Both the position numbers and the translations under genes were made by a program. From Macrostomum lignano (taxonomy: Eukaryota), in NCBI GenBank assembly GCA_002269645.1, contig NIVC01004784.1:1-35069 (forward strand): a stretch of 35,069 nt of DNA. The letters run 5' to 3'. The notes under the pieces were generated by a model. It made no database searches and was not told the origin of the DNA. It worked only from the letters and a program-made list of their open reading frames with translations. The stretch's first letter is position 1, and every line of letters begins with the position of its first letter. This document shows, one piece after another, positions 35,068 through 35,069 of the stretch.

Positions 35068-35069
35068 AA

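Overview
Eukaryotic (animal) genomic DNA with spliceosomal GT-AG introns. The GC-rich exons, 60-115 nt short introns and minisatellite-filled long introns resemble the flatworm Macrostomum; this is an inference, not confirmed. Five genes are recognisable: LRRC74A-like (minus, 7 exons seen), TP53I11-like (plus, 4 exons), intronless EIF1AD (minus), CCDC186 (minus, 6 exons, 728 aa, intact) and the 3' kinase exon of an insulin-receptor-like RTK (minus, heavily lesioned, at the window end). A further unrecognised minus-strand gene is suggested between about 4.8 and 10.4 kb, with one exon that appears to encode about 55 MGFED repeats. Mobile DNA includes a very young 1576-bp element with 465-bp TIRs, a TA duplication and a transposase-like HTH remnant, a tRNA-headed CORE-like SINE and older foldback remnants. 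About 15 distinct tandem repeats are present. Several conserved CDSs carry single-base losses in G/C runs, most likely long-read assembly errors, so frame-based claims here are provisional. Most long ORFs in the supplied track are repeat artefacts. I found no clearly supported novel biological system; the best leads are the coding minisatellite exon, the long-TIR element and the ETS-motif array.
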